Positions 28,183 to 40,796 of a DNA stretch of 64,000 nucleotides are shown piece by piece. The notes beneath the pieces were generated by a model that saw nothing but the letters and a program-made list of their open reading frames with translations, ran no database searches and was not told the DNA's origin. The DNA comes from Eledone cirrhosa. Taxonomy: Eukaryota. The stretch is taken from positions 89,838,001 to 89,902,000 of the forward strand of contig OZ024747.1 of assembly GCA_964016885.1 (NCBI GenBank). Reading direction: 5' to 3'. Positions within the stretch are counted from its first letter, which is position 1, and each line of letters begins with the position of its first letter. The position numbers and the translations under genes were made by a program.

Positions 28183-28190
<8 letters not shown>
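27960..28190. mobile_element. Fold-back element in (TA)n, same family as the 49040/50078 arms
   Basis: 69-bp arms 28052-28120 / 28122-28190 centred on 28121; shares gaagactaaaatccaaagagggctcgataagga with 49796-49828; flanked by TA repeats. Confidence 0.8.
28122..28170 (+). ncRNA. Hammerhead-like motif, U4A core variant
   Basis: guuu CAGAAGA u-ccc-cuuaa-ggg-u GAAA gca-gcgauucuu-ugc UU aaac. Mirror copy on the minus strand at 28071-28121. Confidence 0.55.
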
Positions 28191-28231
<41 letters not shown>

Positions 28232-29011
28232 CTCTGTCTAGCTCTACACCTCGACACTGAAGTGAACCTAAACATCAGTTACCTACAGTAACTCCAAGTT
28301 ACACTCCCTGTGTGTATATATATATATATATATAACTACTACCACTTCTAGTAGTAGTAGTAGTGGTGGTGGTGGTAGTGGTGGTGGTGGTGCATGCTTT
28401 AGGTCAAGCATTCCTGCCAAAGGTAAAATTGATGTTACATTGACATTCCCATTAATTTTAAAGACTTTTATCATCTCTCCAATGAGCAGGAATATGCATG
28501 GATGGCAATAAAAAAAAAATATATGGCTATATATATATTTATATATATACATATATAGACAATGATTATGTGAAATGTTTCCCAACATTTCTAAAAATTG
28601 AATGCAGACCTCATTTGAAACATGTGTATGAGAATAAAGAAGTTAATTTTTCCATTGATACTCTTGTTTATATTTGCTCTAATAACCTTTTTCTTTTCAA
28701 ACCTTTATATATTATATAATGGCATTGAGCTATTTCTTTTAAGACTTGGCAATTAGATACTATCATATATATTTCTCTACTTTCCTTCGAGAATTGTTTG
28801 AATAATTCTACACTTCTCGTTATATATACTTCTCGTTATTTTGTAAAGTTATGACACTTATTTCTTACAGTTAATTGTGTGGTTTATATCTATAGTAAAA
28901 TAATTTTGATAATTGATATCATATGAAGTAAAAATGATTGAACCTAAGCTGATAAATTTCAGTGGTTTATATCTATGGTAAAATAACTTTGATAATTGAT
29001 ATCATATGAAG

Positions 29012-29224
29012 TTTACATTACTCTATATATACTATTGTATTTTTATGGTAAACACTTTATCTCACATAATATCCCACATAATATCGAATCTGTGAGATTT
29101 TGATATCATTTTTTTGAGAACAATACCTTAACATCAGTATGAGTGACTGGTTACAGCCAATTTGAACAGAAAGAGGTGAGAGAATTCTGGCCGGATATGG
29201 CCAGTTTAAATGCTAAAGGGTTAA
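29012..29224 (+). mobile_element. piggyBac-type MITE family 1 (left TIR lost)
   Basis: Family body ending aaatgctaaaggg|ttaa. Confidence 0.8.
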
Positions 29225-30094
29225 ATGATTGAACCTAAGCTGAGAAATTTCAGTGTAGGCTGCGAACTACCTCATCTAAATAACATATTAAGTCCTTCAT
29301 AGTTTACCCATAGTGTGTATATTGAACAAATACATGTCTGCTGCATATTTTTCATATAAAAGACTGCATGAATAAAAATAACTAAAACGTGTAGTGAAAA
29401 TATACAAAAATAGTCAATTTAAATGGAAGAGCAATATGTTGATATATAAGCTAAACGTATTGCTAGTAATATTTAGCAATTTATATTTAAATGAAATTAA
29501 TTAATATATCTTTCATTTAAGTCTAAAATTGTGAGTGGTAAACAATATTTGTTTTTGCCTTTTTAATTTCCCTTAGGTCATTGCTATTTTACTTAATTTA
29601 TGGATGTATTTGATAAAATTAATAATTTACTTGATAAGGATATTTGATAACATTTTATATACACCCTCTGATGCTACTTTTGCTATACATATATCACATA
29701 TATTAAATCCTTCCAATATTCCAATTCAATATGTGAAGAACATATTTCTAATGCCAATAGCGGTTTTTTTAAGTAATTTTGAAAATAATTAAGAATTCGG
29801 AGGCATTTAATAATATAACTAACTTTCTCATTATTAACCCTTTAGCATTTAAACCGGTCATATCTGGCCAGAATTCTCTAACCTCTTTCTGTTCAAACTG
29901 GTCATAACTGGCTGCTCATACTGATGATAAGGTATTGTTCTCAATATCTTAACATCATCTTTACAGTTGGATGCCCTTCCTAAAACCAACTGAGCAAGAG
30001 GGGTGTGCATGTTTGTATGATCAACTAAAAAAAAAACATCTTCCTTCATAATTTTATGTAAGAACCTTTGTCAAGTTATGTTCCAAACACCAGC

Positions 30095-30307
30095 TTAACC
30101 CTTTAGCATTTACTATTGTGTTTCCACAGTAAAGGCTTTACCTCACATTATTATCTCACATAATATCGAATCCATGAGATTTTGATGTTATTTATTTTGA
30201 GAACAATGCCTTAACATCAGTATGAGCAGCCAGTTATGGCCAGTTTGAACAGAAAGAGTTGAGAGAATTCTGGCCGAATACAGCCAGTTTAAATGCTAAA
30301 GGGTTAA
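30095..30307 (+). mobile_element. piggyBac-type MITE family 1 (a truncated inverted copy lies at 29834-29945)
   Basis: Both TIRs and TTAA TSD present. Confidence 0.85.
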
Positions 30308-30974
30308 AATATGTAAACATTTGTCAATAAGTGTAACACTTCTTTCATTGTCAAAATAATCACTCCAAATTTGTTCCTCAAACTTCCCAGAACAATAAAT
30401 TCAGCTTTAAAGGCATTGAAGAATTCAGCAAAATATTTTCCTATACTTACTAATTCTATTTTATTCTTATCTGTATGACAAATCTTTCAAATCTGTTGGC
30501 CTTTCTTGTCAGAAAGCAAATATAACTTTTAAATATTTTTATGATTTAACCAACACTAGCTAGTAATAGTCTTTGAAAAGAAGGTACATATAAATTATTT
30601 TGCTAAAATACAGGACAATATCTATTTAAAAATCTCTCATTTCCAAAAGAAACTGTACAGAGATTTTTTCATAACAAACAAATTCATAATATTCTTTTCT
30701 AAACCTGGGATATAATTTTACTTCCTTGTGCATTCCCTGAACAGTTCTTCATAGACTGCGTTTAAAACTCACCAAGGGAAAATTTTGCCTTTTACCTTTT
30801 TGAGGTCAATAAGATAAAGTATCAGTTAAGTACTCAATTCATTTTTACTTTTACCCTTCCAGAGTTGATAAAATGAGTGTGGTAATATGAAATTGGAACG
30901 GAACTAGTTGTTGAAACGGCAAGAGCTCATCTGTCGGGATCCTGACTCTTTCGTATATATAAATATTTTTTAAA

Positions 30975-31015
30975 CCGAGTTGATGATCCATTGAGATGAA
31001 ACAAATTGTTCTCGG
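30975..31015 (+). ncRNA. Hammerhead ribozyme motif (C3U, near-minimal)
   Basis: ccgag UUGAUGA uccauugagau GAAA caaauug UU cucgg. Perfect 5-bp stem I, near-palindromic stem/loop III, weak stem II; lies ~30 nt before a (TA)n tract. Confidence 0.6.
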
Positions 31016-31734
31016 AAATGGTGTCTTAACTGTTGTGGAACTATATATATATATATATATAAAGTATATAAGTTGATGTATAATCATATTGATATTCAGC
31101 ATAAATGTATCTTAATAGTAATTGGGTCATCAGTATAGAGATAGAAGAATTTCTGAGAGAAAGCTGGGGTCTAAGAAAGTTCAGTTAACACATGCCATAA
31201 TGGAATCATCCATTAGGATATTTTTAATCCAGGTGTTTAACAGCAGCCAGGGGTTTTGCCAAAAGATTCCTGTGTCACACACAACTAAAGGCTTTGTTAA
31301 TGTCAAAAGCAAACATTTCTGCTAAAATTCTTAAGAGAAGTGTATAATATAGGAGAGAAAGCAGGTGTCCAATAGATTTAGTTCTAGGAAATCCATACTG
31401 GTGGTTAGTGAACAGGAAAACAGATTCAGTAAATTGTTATGAAGTTTTTGTCATGTAACTAACATTTCTGGCTACTGATAAAATACTACTTATATATATA
31501 TATAAATGTAAAGCCTGTGTACATTACTAAAGACATTGTCCTTTATCTTTACGTCAGAAATAAAATAGTAACCGTCTTTGTATAATATGTTGTGTTTGAT
31601 CTATTAGTATTAGACCAAGTGGTTTATGAAATAGCTTCACAATCATATGATTGTGAAGCTAGCTGGAATGGTTCTTCCAGTGCGTTTCCCTCACTATCCT
31701 CCAGGGAAACACCTTCTCTATTCTGTCTTCCAGG

Positions 31735-31900
31735 GCTGCAGGGCAGCCAGGCCACAGGGGCCGTGGGGTGGCCAGCGCATTAACCATCGTTTGCTCATAA
31801 TCATGAGAGATGGGGAGAGCAGGAGAGATGGAGGCAGTGACAGTGGGAGTTTGGTTCCTTTGTGTTCAGACCTGGTGTATATGTCACAGACACACACTCA
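31735..31900 (+). repeat. GC-rich interspersed repeat of unknown class (also 7265-7392 +, 61195-61320 -)
   Basis: Shared ggggccgtggggtggccagcg...gaggcagtgacagtggga.tttggttcct. Confidence 0.7.
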
Positions 31901-32610
31901 TAATTGTTTCTACTTTTGGCACCAGGCCAGCAATTACCCAGTGCATTACTGGTACTTTTATTTTATCAACCCCATAAGGATGAAAGGTAAAGTTAACCTC
32001 GGCGGGATTTGAACTCAGAATGGCAAGGGCCGTAACTCTATGTGTCAAAGCTGGGCCTCAAAGGGGTCTTGTACTGCCTTGCAAAATTTCTCTTGGAGGC
32101 CCTGATCATATGATTCTGGGTTCAATCTCACTGTGTAGCTTATTGGGAAAGTGTCATTTATCATATAGTGTTGAGTCAACTAAAGTCTTGTAAGTGAAAT
32201 TGTGTAGACAGAAACTATGTGGAATCCTAATGAATCGACTGAATCTGTAATTTATAGCTCCAGCCTTGTTATACATTGTGTCATACAAAATCTGTGGAAT
32301 GTTAAGAAAGGCATACAAACTGTATGCCAAAAACGGAATGTATATGTAAGCATGATGTGCCTCACCCCCATCAGCCAACCTGGGAATATAGTAACTCTGA
32401 TTAAGTGCTTATTTGATTTGTAACAACCCATCCAGCCCATACCAACACAGAAAAGTGATATTACAGGCTCCTGCATAGTTTCCATCTCCTAAATGTCTCT
32501 AAAAAAATATCAAAACATTGGTCAGCCCAGGGCTGTAGTAGTTAAACTCTTTCTCAGGGTTCTATACAATGGGACTGAGCCCCAAACTACATGGTTTCAA
32601 AACAAGCTCC

Positions 32611-32830
32611 TTAACCCTTTAGTATTTACATTACTCTATATTTGCTATTGTATTTTCACAGAAAAACTTTATTTCACATAATTATTTCAAATAATATCGA
32701 ATCTACATGATTTTGATATTATTTATTTTGCGAACAATACCTTAACATCAGTATGAGCAGCCAGTTATGGCTGGTTTGAACAGAAAGAGGTGAGAGAATT
32801 CTGGCCGGATATGACCGGTGTAAATGCTAA
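32611..32830 (+). mobile_element. piggyBac-type MITE family 1
   Basis: Left TIR intact, right TIR clipped. Confidence 0.8.
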
Positions 32831-33306
32831 ACTATGTGAGTTTTCTGTCAAAGTTTCTTATATATATGTTCTTTATGAAGATGTGGTGGTGAATGTGGGG
32901 GTGGGGTTCAACAGGTTGGAATTCAATTGAATTCATTTGGTTTAAAATGTTTAATGTGTGTTTGTGGGCGTTAAAGTGAGATTCAATTGTGTTCATAATA
33001 TATATATATATATGACAATTTTCTGCTACGACTTAATTTGAAAAATAAATAACAATGTATATAAATTATGTGTGTTCCAGTTTTTCAATCAAAAGATAAG
33101 CTTGCCCATGAAATTACCATGTAAGTGGCTGAGTATTCCACAGACATGTGTACCCTTAATGTAATTCTCAGGGAGATTCTGCATGACACTGCTTGTGAAA
33201 TTACCATGTAAGTGGCTGAGCATCCCATAGACACGTGTACCCTTAATGTAATTCTTAGGGAGATTTAACATGACACAGTGTATGACAAGCTATGATATAA
33301 AATAGT

Positions 33307-33508
33307 TTAACCCTTTAGCATTTAAACCAGCCATATCCGACCAGAATTCTCCTCTTTCTGTTCAAATTGACCGTAACTGGACGCTCATGCTGATATTAAG
33401 TTATGGTTCTCAAAATAAATAATATCAAAATCTCATAGATTCAAAATTATGTGAGATAAAACCTTTACCACGCAAATACAATGGAATATATAGAGTAATG
33501 TAAATGCT
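33307..33508 (-). mobile_element. piggyBac-type MITE family 1
   Basis: Reverse orientation; far end cut by an RTE insertion. Confidence 0.78.
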
Positions 33509-33790
33509 TCTTCTCTTCTTCTTCACTCACTTATTCCCGAGAGGGTTGTGGGGACAGAGTCCTTAAACACTCCTTCCAGTGGGTCCTGTCAGAAGCAACT
33601 GTCTCCAATTGATCCAGCTGGATTCCCAAGCATTACCAGCCAAGCTCATAGATGTTATCCAATCATCTTGCTCAGGGTCTGCCCCTGAATCTTCTGTCAG
33701 TTGGTTTTGCCCATAAAGCCTGCCCAGTGATTCTTTCCTGAGACATTCTAACCCCATGCCCATAGCATCAGAGCTGCCCTACCTGGAGTA
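33508..33790 (-). mobile_element. RTE-clade LINE 3' end with (GAA)n tail (related pieces at 10970-11195 +, 5773-5930 -, 1210-1278 +)
   Basis: Minus strand GRP.ARWLDNI...ETVASDRTHWKECL followed by gaa repeats; nucleotide similarity among the listed copies. Confidence 0.8.
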
Positions 33791-35357
33791 GAGTATATGT
33801 TAAAGGCTTAAAATATACTATCAAACATATCAAGATAGAATATAAAAATGCTACAATACTTAAAAACAATACTTTAGAAACTAAAATAATAACCTAAATC
33901 ATACTACTACATGTAATAAATCTCAACAAATTGTCTCATTCTTGAAGTACTTTGATTTTGAATATGAAATGTATACATTATATATTTATTCCTAGTGGAT
34001 GGAACTTTTTTTTTTTTGCGAAGCATATCTTCTTTTAAATAAGAACATTTTCTTTTAACAAGTCAGTCTGAAAGTTTATTAAAGCAATATAGATTTATTT
34101 CTTTTATTTCTATTTATTATCATCAGCAGCATCATCATCATCATCATCATAGTTGTTATTATCATTATTATTGTTGTTGTTATCATTGTTATTGTTGTTA
34201 TTATTATTATTATTATTATTTGTAAATTTTGATGCTAAGAGATGTTGCATGTATTTTTATGGTTTATTTGTTTTTTGTTTTTTTTTATCTATATATTTAT
34301 TTATGTTGTTGTTTTACTATATTCTGTGAACTTTTTCAATCAGATAGCAGAGAAGATGAATTATTTATCTCTAATGTTTTACTAACTGTTATTCCTCTAC
34401 AAAAATCTTGTCTCTAGTTTCTATTATTTTCTTCTTCTTCTTGGTGTTCTTGGTTATGTATCTATTTATCTATTTATCTATTTATTTATTTATTTGTTTG
34501 GGGATTTTTTTGTGTGTTGTTTTTGTTTAGTCTTCTCTTCAACATGAAGTTGTTTTCTTCATTTATCAGATAATTACTATCAACATTTACAACTTAAAAC
34601 ATTTTGCTTCTTGATTTTTGTATCTCTTTTTTCTTGTTTTTACTCTCTCTCTCTCTCTCTCTCTCTCATTTTCACTCTCTTTCATTATTCTTTACTTCTC
34701 ATTTTGCATGTGTGTAAATATATTTAAGTGTTGTTGATGATATTTCTCATATCTATTTCATTTCTGCAATTTCTCATCATCAATCTTAACAAACTAGATA
34801 TAATTTTGCAATTCTTAAGTATATATACATATTTTGATATTTATTCATTTCAGGTAGGATATTTTAAGAGCATTTCTAAAGATATTGTCATTGTATTGCT
34901 GGTACTTAGGTGATTGGCGAAATAGTTTCTATTTTAAATATTTTTAAATTACTGCTACTCATGGATAATCCAACATAAACTCTAATAAATTTCTATGTTA
35001 ATATTTTTTTCATAATGAACAATAAACATTTTTCGTCAGTGCAGGAAATTACTTTAAAAATAAAAAAAATATATTAATTTATATGGTTAAGTGATGAGAT
35101 CCATTTTCTATTCATTTTTCATATTCTTTTCTTTTCTTTTTTTCAAAAGATATTTAGCCCCAGCATTTTGCTATTTGAAATTAGATATTAATCAGATTTT
35201 ACCAATAAGATTTTCCTGTTTTAAGAAGTGCAGAGGGTGGCTATTAATTGCTAGTTAATGAGTTCAAACCTTGCCAATAAAAAACATTTATATACATCCA
35301 GTGTTCTTATATTAGAATAACTAGCACTCATGTTTTTGTGGTTGAAGGGTTTGAATT

Positions 35358-35597
35358 TTAACCCTTTAGCATTTACATTAATCTATATTTATTATTGTAT
35401 TTTCACAGTAACACTTTATCTCATATAATATTGAATCTAATTATCTCATATAATATTGAATCTTTGAGATTTTGATACTATCTATTTTGAGAACAATACC
35501 TTAACATAAGTATGAGCAGCCAGTTATGGCTGGTTTCAACAAAAAGAGGTGAGAGAACTTTGGCCGGATATGGCTGGTTTAAATGCTAATGGGTTAA
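35358..35597 (+). mobile_element. piggyBac-type MITE family 1
   Basis: TTAA termini and family body. Confidence 0.82.
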
Positions 35598-36628
35598 ACA
35601 GCGTCTAATAGCCAAACACCAGTACCAACATTTCATGTCCTAATTTACAGGACTATTGAATCAATGCTCAGTATAGATCTGTTTTGCCATAAAAATGTTA
35701 ATACACTTCCACCCAAACTATCAGCAATGGCAACAACATCAATAATGATAATATTAGATCTCCTCAATCAGATCTAACCAGAGGTTTGGTGAGTGAGATA
35801 CACTACTACAACAACTAAAACAATAAAAAAAACACTTTATGAATTGATTTATTTCTATTGGCATCGGACCACATGTCCATAGGGCAGAGATATAAGTCAA
35901 TGCAGTGTAATCTTCTTGATTTCCATGCTATACTGCACAATGGGTCATTCTTGGACAGTTCTAGAGAAAAAAATACCATCCCCTTGCTCAAACATTCTCC
36001 ACTTCTCACTGCGCAAAATATACAATTCCAAAAGAAAGAAAGTGAGATAGTACAATAACAAAGAGAGAGAGATAGAGAGTGGTATTGACCCTAGTGCTTC
36101 GCTGGTACTCTATTTATTAACCCCAGAAGGATGAAAAGCAACGTTGACTGTGGCAGTAATTGAACTCAGAGCAAAAAGAAGCTGAAGACATAAAACAAAG
36201 CATTCATTTTGATGCCCAATCAACTTTGCTAAGTCACCACTTTATGTGTGACCAATGCAATGTTATATGCACTTCCATATGTCCTATCCTGGCTGGTCAA
36301 GCACTTATCATGCTACATATTGACCAGAATTTCCTCTAGCTGGTCTTTCAAGCTCCACATATGGTTAGCCTTTTCATTTTTTTAGAAAACAGCAATATGT
36401 CACCTTCCTTTTTGCCTTTTTCTGGAAGAATTCCTCTTTCAGTTAGACTCGGACATTTTTTACATACCTTTTTTTCTGTATTTTTTGTTTGTTTGTTTGT
36501 TTATTTGTTTTTCTTTCATTTCCTGAAGCAAAATCCCATGCCAAGTATTTCCCTCTGGCTTCCAATGCTAGCAAAACATAGTTGTTGCCTTCATTGCTAT
36601 TGATTATGATTTTAATACTTGTGTTTCT

Positions 36629-36991
36629 GAACCCTTTAGTATTTACATTATTGGCAGTATCGGTAGAGGGCCGAACGCCATGCTTTGCAGCATGGTCTGA
36701 GTTCAAATCCCGCCGAGGTTAACTTTGCCTTTCATCCTTACGGGGTCGATAAAATAAAGTACCAGTAATGCACTGGGATAATTACTGGCTTTGTGCTAAA
36801 AGTAGAAACAATTATTCTATATATACTATTGCATTTTCGGGGTAAAGGCTTTACCTCACAAAATTATCTCACATAATATCAAATCTACAAGATTTTGCTG
36901 CTATTTATTTTGAGAACAGTACCTTAACCTCAGTATGAGTGGCCAGTTATGGCCAAGTTGAACAGAAAGAGGTCAGATACAACTGGTTTAA
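36629..36991 (+). mobile_element. piggyBac-type MITE family 1 interrupted by a tRNA-SINE (~36650-36815)
   Basis: aaccctttagtatttacatta, then the SINE, then the rest of the MITE body. Confidence 0.75.
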
Positions 36992-37341
36992 ATTTTTTTT
37001 TTTTTTACAAAGAGATGAAATATATTTTTACAAAGAGATGAAATATATTTGTTTAACGTTGTGACTATATTTGACAGTATTTGTACAGTGTTTATAAGCC
37101 CAGCAGTTAAGTATTCCCTTGTGTTTTTCTGATATACTGATTCTTTTATGAGATCCTGATTAAGCTGGTAAACTAATTAAGAATATAATATTTTTTTTTT
37201 CGTGTAGAGGAAAATGCGTAAATTTCTGTTTGCCTGTCTATTTACTCAGTGTATATATTTATACACCTATTTACACAGTCTCGGTTAAACTTTGTACTGT
37301 AAATGTACAGATATAAATTTATTGTGTGCTTAGTGTACAAC

Positions 37342-37414
<73 letters not shown>

Positions 37415-37654
37415 TTTATAGTTGCGACAGTAAACAAAAAACAAAAAAACAACGAGGAAGCGAAGATGCAGTACAAATGTTAATATTAGTTTCATGCTTA
37501 AGAGTGGGGGGGGGGGCATTGTCTATATATGCTGACTACAACATATATTGTTCGATTATATGCAATACTTAGTTATTTATTGCACTTCATCAGAAAGCCT
37601 AGAGTACTATGAGGTAGAATTCAACAATGTATAAATATATATATAGATAGATAT

Positions 37655-38155
37655 GTTTCTTTATTAGCCACAGGGGCACAAAAGTAGGGGACAAATACAA
37701 AGGGGAAAGTTTACATACAATAAAAACGTGTAAAATATTATCACAAATGCAATTTAAAAAATTAGTCGATTTTCCCCAATAGGGGGAGACAGTTCATATG
37801 GGTAACACATACCCCCCAAAAAATGTGCAACCCTCATCTCCAAGAGTACGAAGAGTTTGTACTCCTTTCCTCTCCTCCTCCTTTTCCTCAACCTACAGGC
37901 TGATATAGAGAGAAGGCCCATTCACTCGGGCCATTCTCGCCACTTTCACCCACCTTTCATAAAACTTGCTGGGGTACAGCACCTCTCTCTCCATCCTGAT
38001 TCTTCTTCCAAAGTGGTATTTGAAAAAAAGAATCAGTTGTTGGCCGGAGAGAAAGGTGTCTGACCTCAGCCCTTACAACCTTGTCCACCATACAACCTCT
38101 TTCGCCATAGCTATCACACTAAGGAAAACCGCCTCTCCTTCGTTTTTGAAGGATA
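37655..38155 (-). mobile_element. L1/Tx1-clade LINE 3' fragment
   Basis: Minus frame AMAKEVVWWTRL*GL...FFKYHFGRRIRMERE...FYERWVKVARM (K..W..R motif of the L1/Tx1 C-terminus), then a 3' UTR ending aataaagaaac. Confidence 0.75.
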
Positions 38156-38407
38156 GATAGATAGGTATGTATGTATATATATACATACACACTCATATAT
38201 ATATATATATATACCCCCCCCCCCCCCCACACACACACAGACACACAGACAATAATAAATATAAATATTGCACATAGTATTTTATATGCATCATTTCTTA
38301 CCATTATTAAATTATACCCAGCAGAAAATATTATTTTTCTAATATTTTATTGTGAAATAGTCAAGTTGCTTTACATTTATACTTTATGATCTTTTTTTTT
38401 TTTACAG

Positions 38408-38450
38408 GTGGGTCGAAGCACTTCAAATTGCTACCCATAGTTCACATAGA
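38408..38450 (+). CDS. PDZPH1: Internal coding exon: C-terminal helix of a PH domain (PDZPH1-like multi-PH protein)
   Basis: Long polypyrimidine tract + tacag acceptor and AGA|gtaagt donor. Translates (x)WVEALQIATHSSHR, the invariant-Trp helix of PH domains. Starts phase 2, ends phase 0, in frame with the exon at 40610. Symbol is from recalled similarity to vertebrate Pdzph1, not from a search. Confidence 0.85.
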
Positions 38451-38831
38451 GTAAGTATATTTCATTTTCTTCATTTCTACATAAAGTATTTAAAAGTTAA
38501 TTAATCACCATAAATTAATTAGTTAGTTCTAATTGTAATATTGTAATATATGATGTGAAGATGGTAGTGGTACACATATATGTTTATTTTACTGTGTCTA
38601 GTTTGATACTTCAGTGCTTATAGTTAATGGAATAGATAACTATAATTTAGTGAGCTTTGTTCAATCGACTATGTCAATTCCTCTACAAGGATTGGCTTCA
38701 TTCCTCGTCAAAAGAAATCTTTATTAATTTTAATATAAATCATAATTATTCACTTAGATATGTAATAGCAATGAATTAAGCATATTACAAATATCACACA
38801 TGTCTTCGTAAAATTAATTGTGCTGCACTCT

Positions 38832-39282
38832 CCAGCATTACCACCAATGTTATCACCACCACTGCCACCACTCCCATCACCATCACCACGGCCACTACCA
38901 CCACCATCAACACCACCACTACCACCACCACCACTACCACTACGACCCCTACCACTATTACCACCACTGCCACTACCACCACCACCCCTACCACCATGAC
39001 CTCTTCCACCACTCCACTACCACCACAACTGCCATCACAACAACCACAAATGCCACCCCCACCAGCACCCCTACCACAACAACCGCCACCACCATCACAA
39101 CAACGACAACGACGACGACAACAACAACAACAACAACCACCACCACCACCATCACCTCCGCCACCACTACCACAACAACTGCCTCCATCATCACCACCAC
39201 CACCGCGACACTCCTACCACCACCACCACCACCGCCGCCACCACCACCACTGTTGTCATCACCAATATCATCATCATCATCA
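38832..39282. repeat. Degenerate (ACC)n/(AAC)n microsatellite
   Basis: Trinucleotide run giving the poly-H/T/P/V pseudo-ORFs. Confidence 0.9.
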
Positions 39283-40609
39283 TTCCTTATTATTCCTTCA
39301 TTCTCAGAATGTCTATTTTAGATAATTAATTCATATTCTATTCAAACCAAATCTTTCATATGAGACAGGTCAGTTTTCTGCATTAGAGTGACTTAACTGA
39401 AAGCTCTGGTCTTGTTAACCCTTCTCTGACAATATTTCTAATGAGTAGGCAGCTTTTGTATTTGAATTGATTTTCAAAATATAATCAAGAATTTTGAAGC
39501 ATTTAGTAGAATATCTCAACCCTTATATATTTGTATATTATACTCATAATCATCATCATCATCATCATTTTACGTCTGCTTGCAAGGGTGGGACGGGAAC
39601 TGATTCTGGCTTGATTTCTACAGCTGGATGCCCTTCCTAACACTAACCTCATTTACAGTGAGTGCTGGGTGCTTTTTTGACGTGGCACCTCCACGACCAC
39701 TTTGCAGTGGAATGATAGGGACCCCAGTTCCTATCATCTCATTTCTACAGCTGAGTAAACTGGAGCAATGTGAAATAAAGTGTCTTGCTCAAGGAAACAA
39801 CACATCACCCGGTCTGAGAATTGAACTCACAACCTTTCGATTGCTAGGCCACTGCTCTAACCACTAAACCATGTGCTTCCATAATGGTTTCTGATTTAGG
39901 CACAAGGGAAACAATTTGTGGGAGGAGGGGGAGTAATTTGATTAAATCGACCCCAGTGCATGACTGGTACTTTATTTTACTAATTACTGCCAATCCACTG
40001 TCATTTTGTAATAATAATGGTTCTTGATTTTGGCACAAGGTCAACAATTTGGGGGAGAGGAGTAAGTCGATTAAATCGACCCAGTGTGTTACTAGTACTT
40101 TATTTTATCAACTCTGTAAGGATGAAAGGCAAATCTAACCTATGCAGGATTTGAACCCAGAACGTAAAGGGCCGTAACTCTATGCCACGAAGCATAGTGT
40201 CTGACGCTCTTTCGATTCTGCCAATCTACTGATAATGACCAACTGAAATATGATATCATTTATGTTACAATGGGACTTTCATTAATATTTCAGTTTAAAT
40301 ATGAACACTCTAGCATCATTTTACGTCTGCTTTTCCCTGCTTGAAAGAGTGGGGACGGGTCTTATTAAGCACAGCATCTATCCATTCATCACGGTCCTTT
40401 ATCATCTCCTCTGTGAAATCAGCGAACTGAGGTCATGTTTTTCGTGGTCTTCCTCGACTGTGTCTTCCTTCTAATGGGATTTCTTGGCACTTCTTTACCC
40501 AGCGGTCATATATATATATTTATATGCATGTATTGAATATATGTGTGTGTATATATATATATATATTTGTTTTCCTATATAACATGCTATATTCTTTTAT
40601 CTATTATAG

Positions 40610-40796
40610 AAAGATTCATGGCTTGATGTTACCAGCCATAATGTTGGAATTCCAGCTCTTGAAATAAAGCGTCCAGATTGTACTGGATATTTGTATAAAA
40701 TGGGTATGAATAGAAAAGTGTGGCGACGGCGTTACTGTATTTTGAAGGATGCCTGTGTCTACTACTACAAAAATATTGAATCCATTAGTGCCAAAG
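40610..40796 (+). CDS. PDZPH1: Internal coding exon: linker + N-terminal half of a PH domain
   Basis: tatag acceptor, AAAG|gtgagt donor, 187 nt open: KDSWLDVTSHNVGIPALEIKRPDCTGYLYKMGMNRKVWRRRYCILKDACVYYYKNIESISAK(G). Contains the PH motif GYLYK...W.RRY.IL....YYY. The WLDVTSHN..P.L.IK.P.C linker recalls PDZPH1. Confidence 0.93.

Noticed and set aside
38794-39325. His/Thr/Pro-rich mucin-like ORFs
   Set aside because: (ACC)n microsatellite inside the intron between two in-frame PH exons.
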